From a virus (Duplodnaviria > Caudoviricetes): DNA of 64,000 nt. Numbering within the stretch: position 1 is the first letter of the stretch; every line of letters begins with the position of its first letter. Below the pieces are notes generated by a model. It worked only from the letters and a program-made list of their open reading frames with translations. It was not told where the DNA came from and did no database searches. Below, in pieces: positions 9,042 through 18,105 of this stretch. The position numbers were made by a program, and so were the translations under genes. The stretch is from positions 160,102-224,101 of IMG/VR virus record IMGVR_UViG_3300021255_004427, one strand, 5' to 3'.

Positions 9042-9260
9042 CTGTATAGAAGAAGTCTGTGATTGGTTTTATCCTTTCGCGGGCTTCTTTTTTATTAATT
9101 GCCGCTTTTCTAACTGTGGGTAAACAGTAAGACAATAGCACAGTTACGATTCGAGACCGTAAAGTCAAATGCTCAACACAAAATAGCGTATCCACTTCAA
9201 GGTAATGTAACCAACGAAGAGCGGAATAGGCCGCTCTGGTATTAAGAAAGGCGGTTTTTA

Positions 9261-9875
9261 ATGTCTCACGTAGTAAGTAAATATGAACTGCAGCATGTAA
9301 CCGTGGATGAGCTCCGTCAGATGGCATCTGATTACCGGGAAAGCATCTGGGCACAGGCACAGTCTGCCGGCCATGAACCGAAGATCTACCTCCACTGGAC
9401 GGCTGGCCACTTTGGTCAGTTTTGGGATGATTATCATGTCCAGATAGATGAAGATGGTGAAATCTATGTCTATGGTGCTCTGGATGATGTTTTGGCCCAT
9501 ACTTGGCGCCGTAATACCGGTGCTATCGGTGTAACGCTCTTGTGTGGTTACCAGGCCAATACTTCCGACCTTGGTCCAGAAGCTCCGACCGAAGCACAGA
9601 TTGAATCCATGGCTCGTGCCGTAGAAGCATTGGCTGATGGCCTGTGGCTGACTATCAGCAAAGAATTCGTCGCTACCCATGGCGAGGCAGCAGACAACGA
9701 ATGCAATGACTGGTGTCATGAAGAGTATGGCCCGAAGTCAACCTGTGAACGCTGGGATTTGGAATACCTGCAGACAGATGAAAGCCCGAAATTCAATCCC
9801 TGGGCAGAAGATGGTTCCCGCGGCGGCGACGTAATCCGTGGTAAGGCTAACTGGTATCGCAATCAGCGCGGTTAA
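9261..9875 (+). CDS. Endolysin, N-acetylmuramoyl-L-alanine amidase (Amidase_2-like)
   Basis: IYLHWTAG, YHVQIDEDGEI, AHTWRRNTGAIGV, PTEAQIES, THGE motifs. Confidence 0.85.
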   Translation: MSHVVSKYELQHVTVDELRQMASDYRESIWAQAQSAGHEPKIYLHWTAGHFGQFWDDYHVQIDEDGEIYVYGALDDVLAHTWRRNTGAIGVTLLCGYQANTSDLGPEAPTEAQIESMARAVEALADGLWLTISKEFVATHGEAADNECNDWCHEEYGPKSTCERWDLEYLQTDESPKFNPWAEDGSRGGDVIRGKANWYRNQRG

Positions 9876-9889
9876 GAGAGGTAAACAAT

Positions 9890-10492
9890 ATGTCAGTATT
9901 TGACCTTTCCCATTGGCAACCGGCAAACCGTATCGAAGAGCTGGTCGAAGGCGGAAATTGCGACGGCGTTATCCTGAAGCTTGGGGAACGCAATGTAAAA
10001 ACCGGTGAAATTGAACTTGATCCGATGTTTATCACTCATGTAAACGAGGCGGTCCGTTTTGGCCTGCCCTATGGTATCTATATCATGGGCCGTGCAAATA
10101 ATGAAAATGAAGCTTTGGAAGAAGCTCAATGGGTAAACGATCGTGTAGCTGAACTCCTGAACGGACAGGAACCTGCACTGGGCACATGGTTTGACCTGGA
10201 ACGGCCAGAAGTAAAACGGGATGGCGTTTATGAAGATTATCGTTTTGCAATTCTCCACTTAAGTGATTGGTGGGGTGGCAGCCATAAAATCGGTATCTAC
10301 GCATCCTACTTATACTTTGAGGGCTATCTGGATATCGGTAATATGGCGGCAAACAGCATCCCCGTCTGGAATGCCCAGTATGGTTTTGTAGATTCCATGC
10401 GCCAAAACTATCCATATATCAAAACAGTCTTGTGGCAGTTTACGAAAAACGACGATTATCAGGATGAGAATGTGTGGTACGGCTGGTATTAA
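9890..10492 (+). CDS. GH25 lysozyme-type endolysin
   Basis: FDLSHWQ, GVILKLGE, WFDLE (DxE), VWNAQY, LWQFT. Confidence 0.85.
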   Translation: MSVFDLSHWQPANRIEELVEGGNCDGVILKLGERNVKTGEIELDPMFITHVNEAVRFGLPYGIYIMGRANNENEALEEAQWVNDRVAELLNGQEPALGTWFDLERPEVKRDGVYEDYRFAILHLSDWWGGSHKIGIYASYLYFEGYLDIGNMAANSIPVWNAQYGFVDSMRQNYPYIKTVLWQFTKNDDYQDENVWYGWY

Positions 10493-10511
10493 GCCGCCCG
10501 CAAAATAATAT

Positions 10512-10540
10512 AAGTGCCCCTAAGTGGGCGCTTATTTTGT
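10512..10540 (+). terminator. Rho-independent terminator
   Basis: AAGTGCCC-CTAAGT-GGGCGCTT-ATTTT. Confidence 0.6.
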
Positions 10541-10559
10541 AAAGAAAGGAAAAACAAGT

Positions 10560-11117
10560 ATGGATTTTCTAAAGAAACACAGTAAGACTATCATGGCCAT
10601 AATCATTGTAGTATTAATAGCTGCGCTCATAAGGTTAACTTTTTTTAAAAAAATACCCGAGCCGGAAATAGTAACCGTACCCGAGGTATCCCAAAAAAAT
10701 CTCCAACAGTATTTCCCTATGGAGACAAAAGCTACTGTGAAAGATATGACGCACCAAATCCAGCGTGCAAAAGAAACTCAGACTCCGCAATACCGCTATT
10801 ATACCGCGACACAGCAAGAGGCGGATAATAAGGCCAAAGAGTATGGTAATGTGCAGAAGGCAGACAAAATCGTAAAAGAGACACATAAAGTTGAAGTCAA
10901 GGATGATAACGGCAATAAGACCCATGTTATCGAAAATGACTACTATGCGATTAATCTCGAACGAAAACACCGCATTAAAACCGGCGCGGCAATGATTGAT
11001 CATGACGCTTATGTTACGGTCGGATATCAAAACCGGAATGTGGAATACAAGGCCTACTACGCACCTACAGCCAATAAGGCGGGAGTTGGTGTAGAGGTTA
11101 CAATTGCAAAATGGTGA
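10560..11117 (+). CDS. Membrane-anchored lysis-cassette protein, spanin candidate
   Basis: N-terminal TM (IMAIIIVVLIAALIRL), C-terminal amphipathic beta strands ending in Trp; follows the endolysins. Confidence 0.6.
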   Translation: MDFLKKHSKTIMAIIIVVLIAALIRLTFFKKIPEPEIVTVPEVSQKNLQQYFPMETKATVKDMTHQIQRAKETQTPQYRYYTATQQEADNKAKEYGNVQKADKIVKETHKVEVKDDNGNKTHVIENDYYAINLERKHRIKTGAAMIDHDAYVTVGYQNRNVEYKAYYAPTANKAGVGVEVTIAKW

Positions 11118-11129
11118 GGAAAGAATACT

Positions 11130-11693
11130 ATGCTTAGAAGAATACCAGGATTAAGTAAAATGTTTAACGGCGGGACGCGTACAGTGGGTGATATGCCAAA
11201 CCTTTTCCAGTTTCCGGAGTATGCGCCAGGAGACGCATTAAAACAGTATAAAGGTGGCGGCTCGTATCTGTTTAACGCTAAACTGAGGGAAGGGATTCCT
11301 CTCGACGCACAGGACAAGGCACTACAAAGAGGCTTAGATCGTGACCTGAACGCTCTACCAGACTATCAGGAGCCGACATTCAGGTCGTATGATTTCCTTG
11401 ATCAGGAAAGTTTAAGCGAATTTTTAGAGCAGCATAAACCCGGCCATATGGTGCAGTATCCTGCTTACACATCATCCGCCAAAAGTCCTAATGCATACTA
11501 CGCTCCGAACGGAACGGGCATGCAGGCACTGATGAAAATTAATGGCAAACATGGAAAAGACTTAGCACACGTAGAATCCGCCTCAAACAATGAGCAGGAA
11601 GTGCTGTTTGGACGAAAATCTATGTTCAGGGTTAATAATATTGGGTATTCCCCTGAGATGAAGACTTATTTTGGCGAAATGGACGAAATATAA
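11130..11693 (+). CDS. Mono-ADP-ribosyltransferase (R-S-E, VIP2/Alt/Mod-like)
   Basis: ALKQY...YLFNAKLR helix, TFRSY (R), YTSSA (S), EQEVLF (ExE). Confidence 0.85.
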   Translation: MLRRIPGLSKMFNGGTRTVGDMPNLFQFPEYAPGDALKQYKGGGSYLFNAKLREGIPLDAQDKALQRGLDRDLNALPDYQEPTFRSYDFLDQESLSEFLEQHKPGHMVQYPAYTSSAKSPNAYYAPNGTGMQALMKINGKHGKDLAHVESASNNEQEVLFGRKSMFRVNNIGYSPEMKTYFGEMDEI

Positions 11694-12679
11694 TCCGCCA
11701 CCAAACTTTTATACTTGTCAAGAACAGAGCATGATATATGGCTAGGTATCTCGTATTGTGCTCCAAATATATTACCCGCAATGGAGGCAACGGTATCGCT
11801 GTCTCCATTTATATTTGCGGCGCGATTTATACAAGTATATATCCTATCGCCTGAGAGTATATGATAGAGAGCGAGGCCCAAAGCATTTGGTCCAATCCAG
11901 GCATCTCCAAAAGCGCCATAAAAAGTACGAAACGCAGATGTGCCTTTAGTATCGGCACACGTTATGGCGTTGTATACGTAGTTATACGTTTCATTGAGGG
12001 GAAGCGTCATAAGTTCTCCAATACGTTCAAGATAGGACTTGTAAAATTCCAGGGCTGATAACAGAGCCGTTTTTACATCCATGTTATCACGAAGCAAGAA
12101 AAAGATAATTAGCGAAAATACGCCCGCGCTGCGCCATGCTTCTTTATGACCATGCGTAATTGCCGCGCACCGCATGGATAACTCAAAAACATATTCCGGC
12201 GGCTCGTTAATCAGAAAGCCGAACGGGGCAGAGCGCATAACGGTGCCATTCCCCAGACTTTCGTTATACTGCTTATTAAGTGTCCCCATGCAACCGGAGC
12301 GCAGAGAGTCAATACAGGCATGGCCAGGAGCCCGCATAACATATAAATCATCTATTTTCCATAGCTCGCCTACGTGGGCTATTTTTTCGTCTATGGCTCC
12401 GGGGCCATACTGCGTATTAAACCAACGGAGATATGATTCGTACATAATTTGCACACGCTCATCCATCGATTTACCCTGACTGAGTGCTAACCCCTCAAGC
12501 GTAAACAATGTCATCTGGGTATCATCTGTGATGGCATCTCCTGGATTTAGCTCCTGCTTACCCTGCTCGCCATATTGCGATCTGATTTCGTCCAGGGACA
12601 TCATTTCTAGGTCAGAACCAAAGGCATCTCCATAGGCCCCGTATAAAATACATCGATACATTCTATCCTGTTTAGTCAC
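11666..12679 (-). CDS. ADP-ribosylglycohydrolase (DraG/ARH family)
   Basis: GAYGDAFG, TDDTQMTL, GNGTVMRSAP, ITHGH, GDSDTVASIAG. Confidence 0.92.
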   Translation of the reverse strand: MTKQDRMYRCILYGAYGDAFGSDLEMMSLDEIRSQYGEQGKQELNPGDAITDDTQMTLFTLEGLALSQGKSMDERVQIMYESYLRWFNTQYGPGAIDEKIAHVGELWKIDDLYVMRAPGHACIDSLRSGCMGTLNKQYNESLGNGTVMRSAPFGFLINEPPEYVFELSMRCAAITHGHKEAWRSAGVFSLIIFFLLRDNMDVKTALLSALEFYKSYLERIGELMTLPLNETYNYVYNAITCADTKGTSAFRTFYGAFGDAWIGPNALGLALYHILSGDRIYTCINRAANINGDSDTVASIAGNIFGAQYEIPSHISCSVLDKYKSLVADYISSISPK

Positions 12680-12751
12680 CTTACCACCGCCCTTCTAAGC
12701 TACACGCTTGCCTGATTTAAAATAATTATATCACGCTGAAAGAGAAAACAA

Positions 12752-12778
12752 AAGCACCGGGGCTTTGCCCCGGCGCTT
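12752..12778 (-). terminator. Rho-independent terminator after the 12799 gene
   Basis: Minus strand AAGCGCCGGGGC-AAA-GCCCCGGTGCTT-TTGTTTT. Confidence 0.7.
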
Positions 12779-12798
12779 CCGTATTGTGAGTATGTGGT

Positions 12799-13044
12799 TC
12801 AGATGTAGACATCCTGTCTGTAAAGATCCTCTTGTCCAAATGGGTCGGCAATGCCATTTTCTTCCAATTGTTCCAGGCGGCACATATTCTTGTAGCGCAA
12901 ATCCTGGTTCTCTAAGAGCAGCTGTGTTATATCCTCCCGTTCCCTGAGAGTCAGGTAACGGAATGTGTCAGCCACGAGCAAGCGAATATCTTCTGTTGAC
13001 AACTGTGTAATTAGGTCCATAATCTTCTCTCTGGAGTCCTGCAC
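12799..13044 (-). CDS. Hypothetical protein divergent from the repressor
   Basis: GGAGG RBS before GTG at 13044 (MQDSREKIMDL...). Confidence 0.6.
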   Translation of the reverse strand: MQDSREKIMDLITQLSTEDIRLLVADTFRYLTLREREDITQLLLENQDLRYKNMCRLEQLEENGIADPFGQEDLYRQDVYI

Positions 13045-13236
13045 AAAAATCCCTCCGTTTGTGCGCATGGCGCGGGTTAGCGCTATTGCGTAATCGAATT
13101 TAGCAACTCGGCGAAGGCTATATATGTGAAATCGGATTACACATATATGGTAGCACGTCTGCGCCAAAAAATCAATGTGTAACTTGCGGAAAACGATTAA
13201 ACAAACAAAACTGTCACCCCTTTTTCGATAATAAGC

Positions 13237-13331
13237 TTGCAGTGTGCGCCACCGTATGCTAAAATGAAATCAACTTCAAAATAACATGCGAATATGCAAC
13301 AGCTTGCATAACTGATTGTAACTTGTTGCAT
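13237..13331 (+). promoter_or_regulatory. Sigma-A promoter plus two operator-like palindromes upstream of the XRE gene
   Basis: TTGCAG-17-TAAAAT (13237-13265); TATGCAA-N4-TTGCATA (13293-13310) and TGTAA-N4-TTGCA (13317-13330). Confidence 0.6.
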
Positions 13332-13357
13332 GAGATTTGTCAATAGGGGGTGAAACC

Positions 13358-13771
13358 TTGAATTTTGCAGAAAAATTAAAAGCGCTCCGAAAGAAGAAGG
13401 GGTGGACGCAAAGGGAGGTAGCAGAAAAAATTGGTGTTTCTCCGAGAACTTACGCGTCTTATGAATTGGAGGGGCGAGAACCGAAAGATATAGACAAATA
13501 TTATGCCCTGGCCGAAACATTCGGAGTTTCAAGAGATTACTTTATAGAAGCGTCTAAAAATATTACAAGAATTAATATTGTCGATATGTTTCATGGAATA
13601 GGGGGTACATCCGATAGAGATAGAAATCATAAAATAGCAAAAAATCTCACAAGCGAACTTGTAACACTCTTCATGGAGCGGCGTTTAAGCTCTACAGTTC
13701 GCGATGAAATAGCTAAAAGAGTTATGGACGCATATTGGGAAGCCAGAAAGGAGGACGAGTCATGCTTATAG
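13358..13771 (+). CDS. XRE-family HTH transcriptional regulator (repressor candidate)
   Basis: LKALRKKKGWTQREVAEKIGVSPRTYASYELEGREP; RBS GGGGGTG, TTG start. Confidence 0.9.
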   Translation: MNFAEKLKALRKKKGWTQREVAEKIGVSPRTYASYELEGREPKDIDKYYALAETFGVSRDYFIEASKNITRINIVDMFHGIGGTSDRDRNHKIAKNLTSELVTLFMERRLSSTVRDEIAKRVMDAYWEARKEDESCL

Positions 13772-14238
13772 ATGATTATAAAAAACTCTTAAAAAGTTTT
13801 TACATTGACTATTTTATGCATGTAAGAACATCCATGCGCGAAGCGTTTAGCGAGCTTAAAATGAAGACCCAGATAACACTTGAAAAAAATAGGGTTGACC
13901 AAAATGAGCTTATGCGTAAAATGGCTACAGGCGAAATGCTTAGCGAAGAGCAAGAAAAAGCAATGAAAGAAATTCTGAATATTGTAAATAAAACCGATGA
14001 GACAAAAATGATCGATATTTGGATTCTTGTAAGAAAGAGGAAAAAAGTTAAGAAATTAAATTTTATAACATATATTGGGTATGGAGAAGAGGCAGTAAAC
14101 GAAGCAAAAAACATTCTTGGGGATAATGCGGAAATTGTAAGAAAAGATGGAACTACGTATATAAAAAACAAAAAAACTAATGAAACAATATATGTTTATC
14201 CGTTGCGGGAAGTCGTTTGCCCCTTTGAAAATAAATAG
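13762..14238 (+). CDS. Hypothetical protein coupled to the XRE gene
   Basis: RBS AGGAGG, overlaps XRE stop; AT-rich. Confidence 0.7.
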   Translation: MLIDDYKKLLKSFYIDYFMHVRTSMREAFSELKMKTQITLEKNRVDQNELMRKMATGEMLSEEQEKAMKEILNIVNKTDETKMIDIWILVRKRKKVKKLNFITYIGYGEEAVNEAKNILGDNAEIVRKDGTTYIKNKKTNETIYVYPLREVVCPFENK

Positions 14239-14549
14239 AAGTCGCCCCCACTTCAAACGCGAAGCGTTAAGTGGGGGCGCTCGGTAAAACATAGATATGA
14301 TGAAATGGTCAGGTAAAAAATCTTACAGCCAGTATCGCGGCAGTCATTAAGACCAGGTAAACGAGCAGTGCAGTGGAAAGATCGGAGTCACTTCTTGCAT
14401 CCTTAAAAGTGATTGATGTTATCAACCATAATATAATCACTTCTACAAAGATGAAAGAGAAAATGCCGAAAGGAAGAGAGGCGGCATTTTTCTCTCTAAT
14501 CTAAAGAGGCTGATAATTAAGAAAAAGGAGAATAGTATAAAAAGAGATA

Positions 14550-14613
14550 ATATTGTAAATATATCCAACTGTGGTTAACGACAATTACACACAGTTGGAT
14601 ATATTTACAATAT
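14550..14613. repeat. Perfect 24-bp inverted repeat with 16-nt spacer upstream of the recombinase
   Basis: ATATTGTAAATATATCCAACTGTG (14550-14573) / CACAGTTGGATATATTTACAATAT (14590-14613). Confidence 0.9.
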
Positions 14614-14665
14614 GAAAACCATATACGGCTTTCAAGATGCATACCCCTTCAAAATGCAGAATATT

Positions 14666-14694
14666 TTGCTATTGCCTACTACTTGTAGTATAAT
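14666..14694 (+). promoter_or_regulatory. Sigma-A promoter of the recombinase
   Basis: TTGCTA-17-TATAAT. Confidence 0.7.
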
Positions 14695-14715
14695 ATTTTA
14701 AAGGTGGTGATTTGT

Positions 14716-15702
14716 ATGGCCAGCATAGCTCCAGTACAAACTGAATTGGGATTTAAAACTCCCATGGATGAGAACCTGGTAACTCCAGATTACTTTGTGG
14801 CTTATTACCTGCAGTTCTTGCCGCGTTATATTGCTAACGGGCGCCCTACTGATGATACGCTGCGGGATTACAAAATTCATATAGACAGCTTTTTAAGATG
14901 GTGCGATGAACATAACCGGCATCCGTTATCCATTCATGATTACCAAATGCGTATGTATATGGAATGGATGGTAAACCGCGAATACACCGATAACACCATC
15001 GCTATTAAACTGTCGGCAATTCGAGGGTTTTATCAGGCGGCGCTAAAAATCGGCCTCATAGAATTAAACCCGTGCGAAGATTTAAAAGCTGATAGAAAGC
15101 TTGTCTGGGATGAGAAATTCCGCTTTTATTCTACGGAGCAAATAGAGATAATGAATGACTATATCAAAAATACCGCAATAAATGATTTTATTCGCTATAG
15201 AGATATGGCCATATTGTATCTGATGGGTGTTGAAGGTTTGCGCAACGTAGAAGTTCACCGCCTTTGCGATGAAGATATTAACTGGGAATACGGTTCTATA
15301 CTTATCAGAGGTAAGGAGCATGGCGGAATTATTTACCCATCTGAAGAAACTCTGGAGGTTCTCAGACGCTATATAGAAGCGCGGCCAGAAAATAAAAAAG
15401 AGGGGGCTTTCACCCCCACTATCACATCTGACCATCGTCATAAATACAGAAGAATCTCTAGAAATGGTATACGCAATATCATGAATCGGATACTCGAAGG
15501 CTGCCAATTAAAACATCCAGGATACTCCTGCCATATTCTGCGACATAGCTGCGGTACAAACCTTTATAATGAGACGAAAGACTTGCGGCTTGTGCAAGAA
15601 CAACTTCGCCATAATGATCCGCAGATGACGGCCAGATATAGCCATGTTCATGAGCGTATGACCAGAAGGGCGACTTCTCGGTTGGCGCCGGAGATAGATT
15701 AA
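14716..15702 (+). CDS. Tyrosine recombinase/integrase (XerC/D-like)
   Basis: GLRNVEV (R), IRGK (K), HILRH (HxxR), LRHND..MTARY (H, Y). Confidence 0.92.
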   Translation: MASIAPVQTELGFKTPMDENLVTPDYFVAYYLQFLPRYIANGRPTDDTLRDYKIHIDSFLRWCDEHNRHPLSIHDYQMRMYMEWMVNREYTDNTIAIKLSAIRGFYQAALKIGLIELNPCEDLKADRKLVWDEKFRFYSTEQIEIMNDYIKNTAINDFIRYRDMAILYLMGVEGLRNVEVHRLCDEDINWEYGSILIRGKEHGGIIYPSEETLEVLRRYIEARPENKKEGAFTPTITSDHRHKYRRISRNGIRNIMNRILEGCQLKHPGYSCHILRHSCGTNLYNETKDLRLVQEQLRHNDPQMTARYSHVHERMTRRATSRLAPEID

Positions 15703-15727
15703 CTAATAGGATTGGAGGAAAACGGAA

Positions 15728-16129
15728 ATGAAGTATATTTTAGAAATCGAATCCCATAAAGACCCGGAAGAAATTGAATGGCTGCGCAAATATATCGGTA
15801 GGGAAAACGTTTTTTGTTTTGATGACGACACTATATATGGAAACGACTATAATACTAAGGATTTTTCCGAACAATTTGGATATCCTAACGGAAGGAAAGG
15901 CTTAAAATGTACAGCGAAACTGATTAGAGTTGGTCGTACGGAAAATATTGATCACTGGTTTGCTATTTTGTGGAATGAATATCGGACTATAATCAAATTT
16001 GAAATAGATACAACAAAAACTGCCAGCCGATACAAACCTAGCAGTTATGGTTGGTATGAAGACGAATACGCAGTCTATCGAGGTCGCTCTGCAGACGGGA
16101 GTGGCTTTACAGGTAATCCATTCATTTAG
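15728..16129 (+). CDS. Hypothetical protein
   Basis: RBS GGAGG, 133-aa ORF. Confidence 0.7.
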   Translation: MKYILEIESHKDPEEIEWLRKYIGRENVFCFDDDTIYGNDYNTKDFSEQFGYPNGRKGLKCTAKLIRVGRTENIDHWFAILWNEYRTIIKFEIDTTKTASRYKPSSYGWYEDEYAVYRGRSADGSGFTGNPFI

Positions 16130-16132
16130 AAC

Positions 16133-16162
16133 AAAAAAGCGAGCGTTATCCGCTCGCTTTTT
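16133..16162. terminator. Bidirectional terminator at the convergent strand switch
   Basis: AAAAAAGCGAGCG-TTATC-CGCTCGCTTTTT. Confidence 0.85.
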
Positions 16163-16163
16163 C

Positions 16164-17882
16164 TTATTCGAGTCGCCCCTTAATCTGTGCATCCAACAGG
16201 TCAAGGTTGTAATACGACGTATAAAGAACCTTACCATTTTCCGGTGTGTTTGCTGAAGCCTTCATCGTGCAGGCGTGAGAAACATTATTGGTGTTGATAA
16301 CGAGAAGGTCAACATCGTTAAGCTTCTGTGTATCGAAGCTCTTACCGTTTCCTATATCCTTAAACTTTGGATGACGGGCGATTACTTTTGCACGCCAGCT
16401 ATCTGTTCCGCCGGCCACAGCAATCTTGAGATTAATGTTGGCAAAAGTGTCTTCTTCTGCTGCTACAGGCTTCTTCTCAGTAACAACAACAGACTCCTCT
16501 TCAATATCCTGCACAGACAGTGCCTCAAGCTCTTTTGTCTTTTTGCGCAGTTCCTCGCGGAGCTCGGAGATTTTATCCGACAGGGCAATCTTTTCACTGA
16601 TCGCGTCCTGATATTTACGAACATAATCTTCTTTCTGCTTGGAAAGCTCGTCAAACTTACTTCTCAGATTACTGTAATCTGTAGAGAGCTTAACCAGTTC
16701 TTTATTCTGCTTCCGGTTTGCACCATTTACTGAGCGTTTCTGATTGGCTACGCTTTTAGATAAAACATCTTGCGACTTTAAAAGCTCTTCAATTTTATTA
16801 GAAAGAGTATTATTTTTACGAGCCAGGTCTGTTTTTTCCGCTTTTAATACGGAAAATTCATTATTTCGAATGGCAATCTCTCGTTCAAGATTTGTTACTT
16901 TGTCCGAGAGGCTCGTTATCTTACTATTGTTCTTTGTGATAACATCCTTAAGTTTCTGGATCTTGTTCAGATTCCGTTCAGCTTCGTACCGGTAATACCA
17001 TATTGGCTTGAGCTGCGGATGAATATGCGCAGCAACGTATTCCACGGCTGTACTATATGTAAAATCATCTTTTTCCCATTCGCTAACAAAAGGATCTGAA
17101 GGAACAGACATTACGAGCTCTTTTTTTATGAGCTCAAGGGTTTTGTTGATGTCATCAGTGTTGATAATACCATCCATAATATCGGTGGCACATTTGCAGA
17201 CTTCTTCGTAAAAATCATTTTCGTTTTCTAACGAATAAATACATTCCGTAGCGACTCTCATTTCAATTGCGCGAGTTAAAGAATCTATATGTATATGCCT
17301 TCGATTGTAAAAACTGATTATATCGTAAACTAAAGCAAAGCAAAATAAATCCTTTTCTGCAGAAATAAAATACTGATCATGGTCTTGTAACAATGTGGAA
17401 TATTTTTCCTCAATTTCTTCCAAGCCATTATAAGGAGGAAGCTCGCTAATATGCTCATTAACGATGTGTTCAAATTGGCGCTCTTCTTTTGTTCCGTCAA
17501 TATCAAACATCAATTGCCATATCTGATAAACAAATGCTAATCGTATGCACTTTAAAACATCGGGAAGTTGACAACTGTCATTTTGATCGAGGAGCCCCAT
17601 AGCAAGAAGTGTATAATATGCACCTTGAATGCGGCAATGTAAAAAGAAGTTTGGCGTGCGCTCAAAATACTCTTTCTTAATGGTATCCTCGTTTGCGTTT
17701 AAAAGCTCGAGAAGTTCGTCTGTTTTTCCGCTTTTTTCTAGCTCTATGGCCTGTTGTAAAATTTTAAAAGAACGCCCCTTGCTAATGTCTGGTATGAGCT
17801 TATCTTTTAGTCTGTTTGAATTGTTCTGATAAATATCTGTTAATATTGGTGCAGATCTAATGCTATATTCCATGTTAACCAC
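16164..17882 (-). CDS. Coiled-coil protein with C-terminal DUF2325-like domain
   Basis: KIAVAGG...VDLLVINTNNVSHAC pattern; long central coiled coil; own TTGATT-18-TATAAT promoter (17905-17934). Confidence 0.7.
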   Translation of the reverse strand: MVNMEYSIRSAPILTDIYQNNSNRLKDKLIPDISKGRSFKILQQAIELEKSGKTDELLELLNANEDTIKKEYFERTPNFFLHCRIQGAYYTLLAMGLLDQNDSCQLPDVLKCIRLAFVYQIWQLMFDIDGTKEERQFEHIVNEHISELPPYNGLEEIEEKYSTLLQDHDQYFISAEKDLFCFALVYDIISFYNRRHIHIDSLTRAIEMRVATECIYSLENENDFYEEVCKCATDIMDGIINTDDINKTLELIKKELVMSVPSDPFVSEWEKDDFTYSTAVEYVAAHIHPQLKPIWYYRYEAERNLNKIQKLKDVITKNNSKITSLSDKVTNLEREIAIRNNEFSVLKAEKTDLARKNNTLSNKIEELLKSQDVLSKSVANQKRSVNGANRKQNKELVKLSTDYSNLRSKFDELSKQKEDYVRKYQDAISEKIALSDKISELREELRKKTKELEALSVQDIEEESVVVTEKKPVAAEEDTFANINLKIAVAGGTDSWRAKVIARHPKFKDIGNGKSFDTQKLNDVDLLVINTNNVSHACTMKASANTPENGKVLYTSYYNLDLLDAQIKGRLE

Positions 17883-17952
17883 CTCTAACCTATACTCAAC
17901 TTAAATTATACATAAAATAAGAATAAAAAATCAAGCAAAATATTCAAAAATC

Positions 17953-17988
17953 AAAAATAACCGCTCTGGGAAACCCGTAGAGCGGTTA
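17953..17988 (-). terminator. Rho-independent terminator
   Basis: TAACCGCTCT...AGAGCGGTTA followed by TTTTT on the minus strand. Confidence 0.7.
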
Positions 17989-18105
17989 TAGACATTTAGG
18001 CATATAATTATATACAAAAAGTTTTTCGTGGGCATTGTGGGCGAATCTGAGGGGCAGATTTTTCGTCCCTCATCCAAAATATCGAAAAACGGAAAGTGAC
18101 CGGGG

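Noticed and set aside
14550-14613. Protelomerase (hairpin telomere) site
   Set aside because: The 16-nt asymmetric spacer breaks the palindrome and the adjacent enzyme is Xer-like
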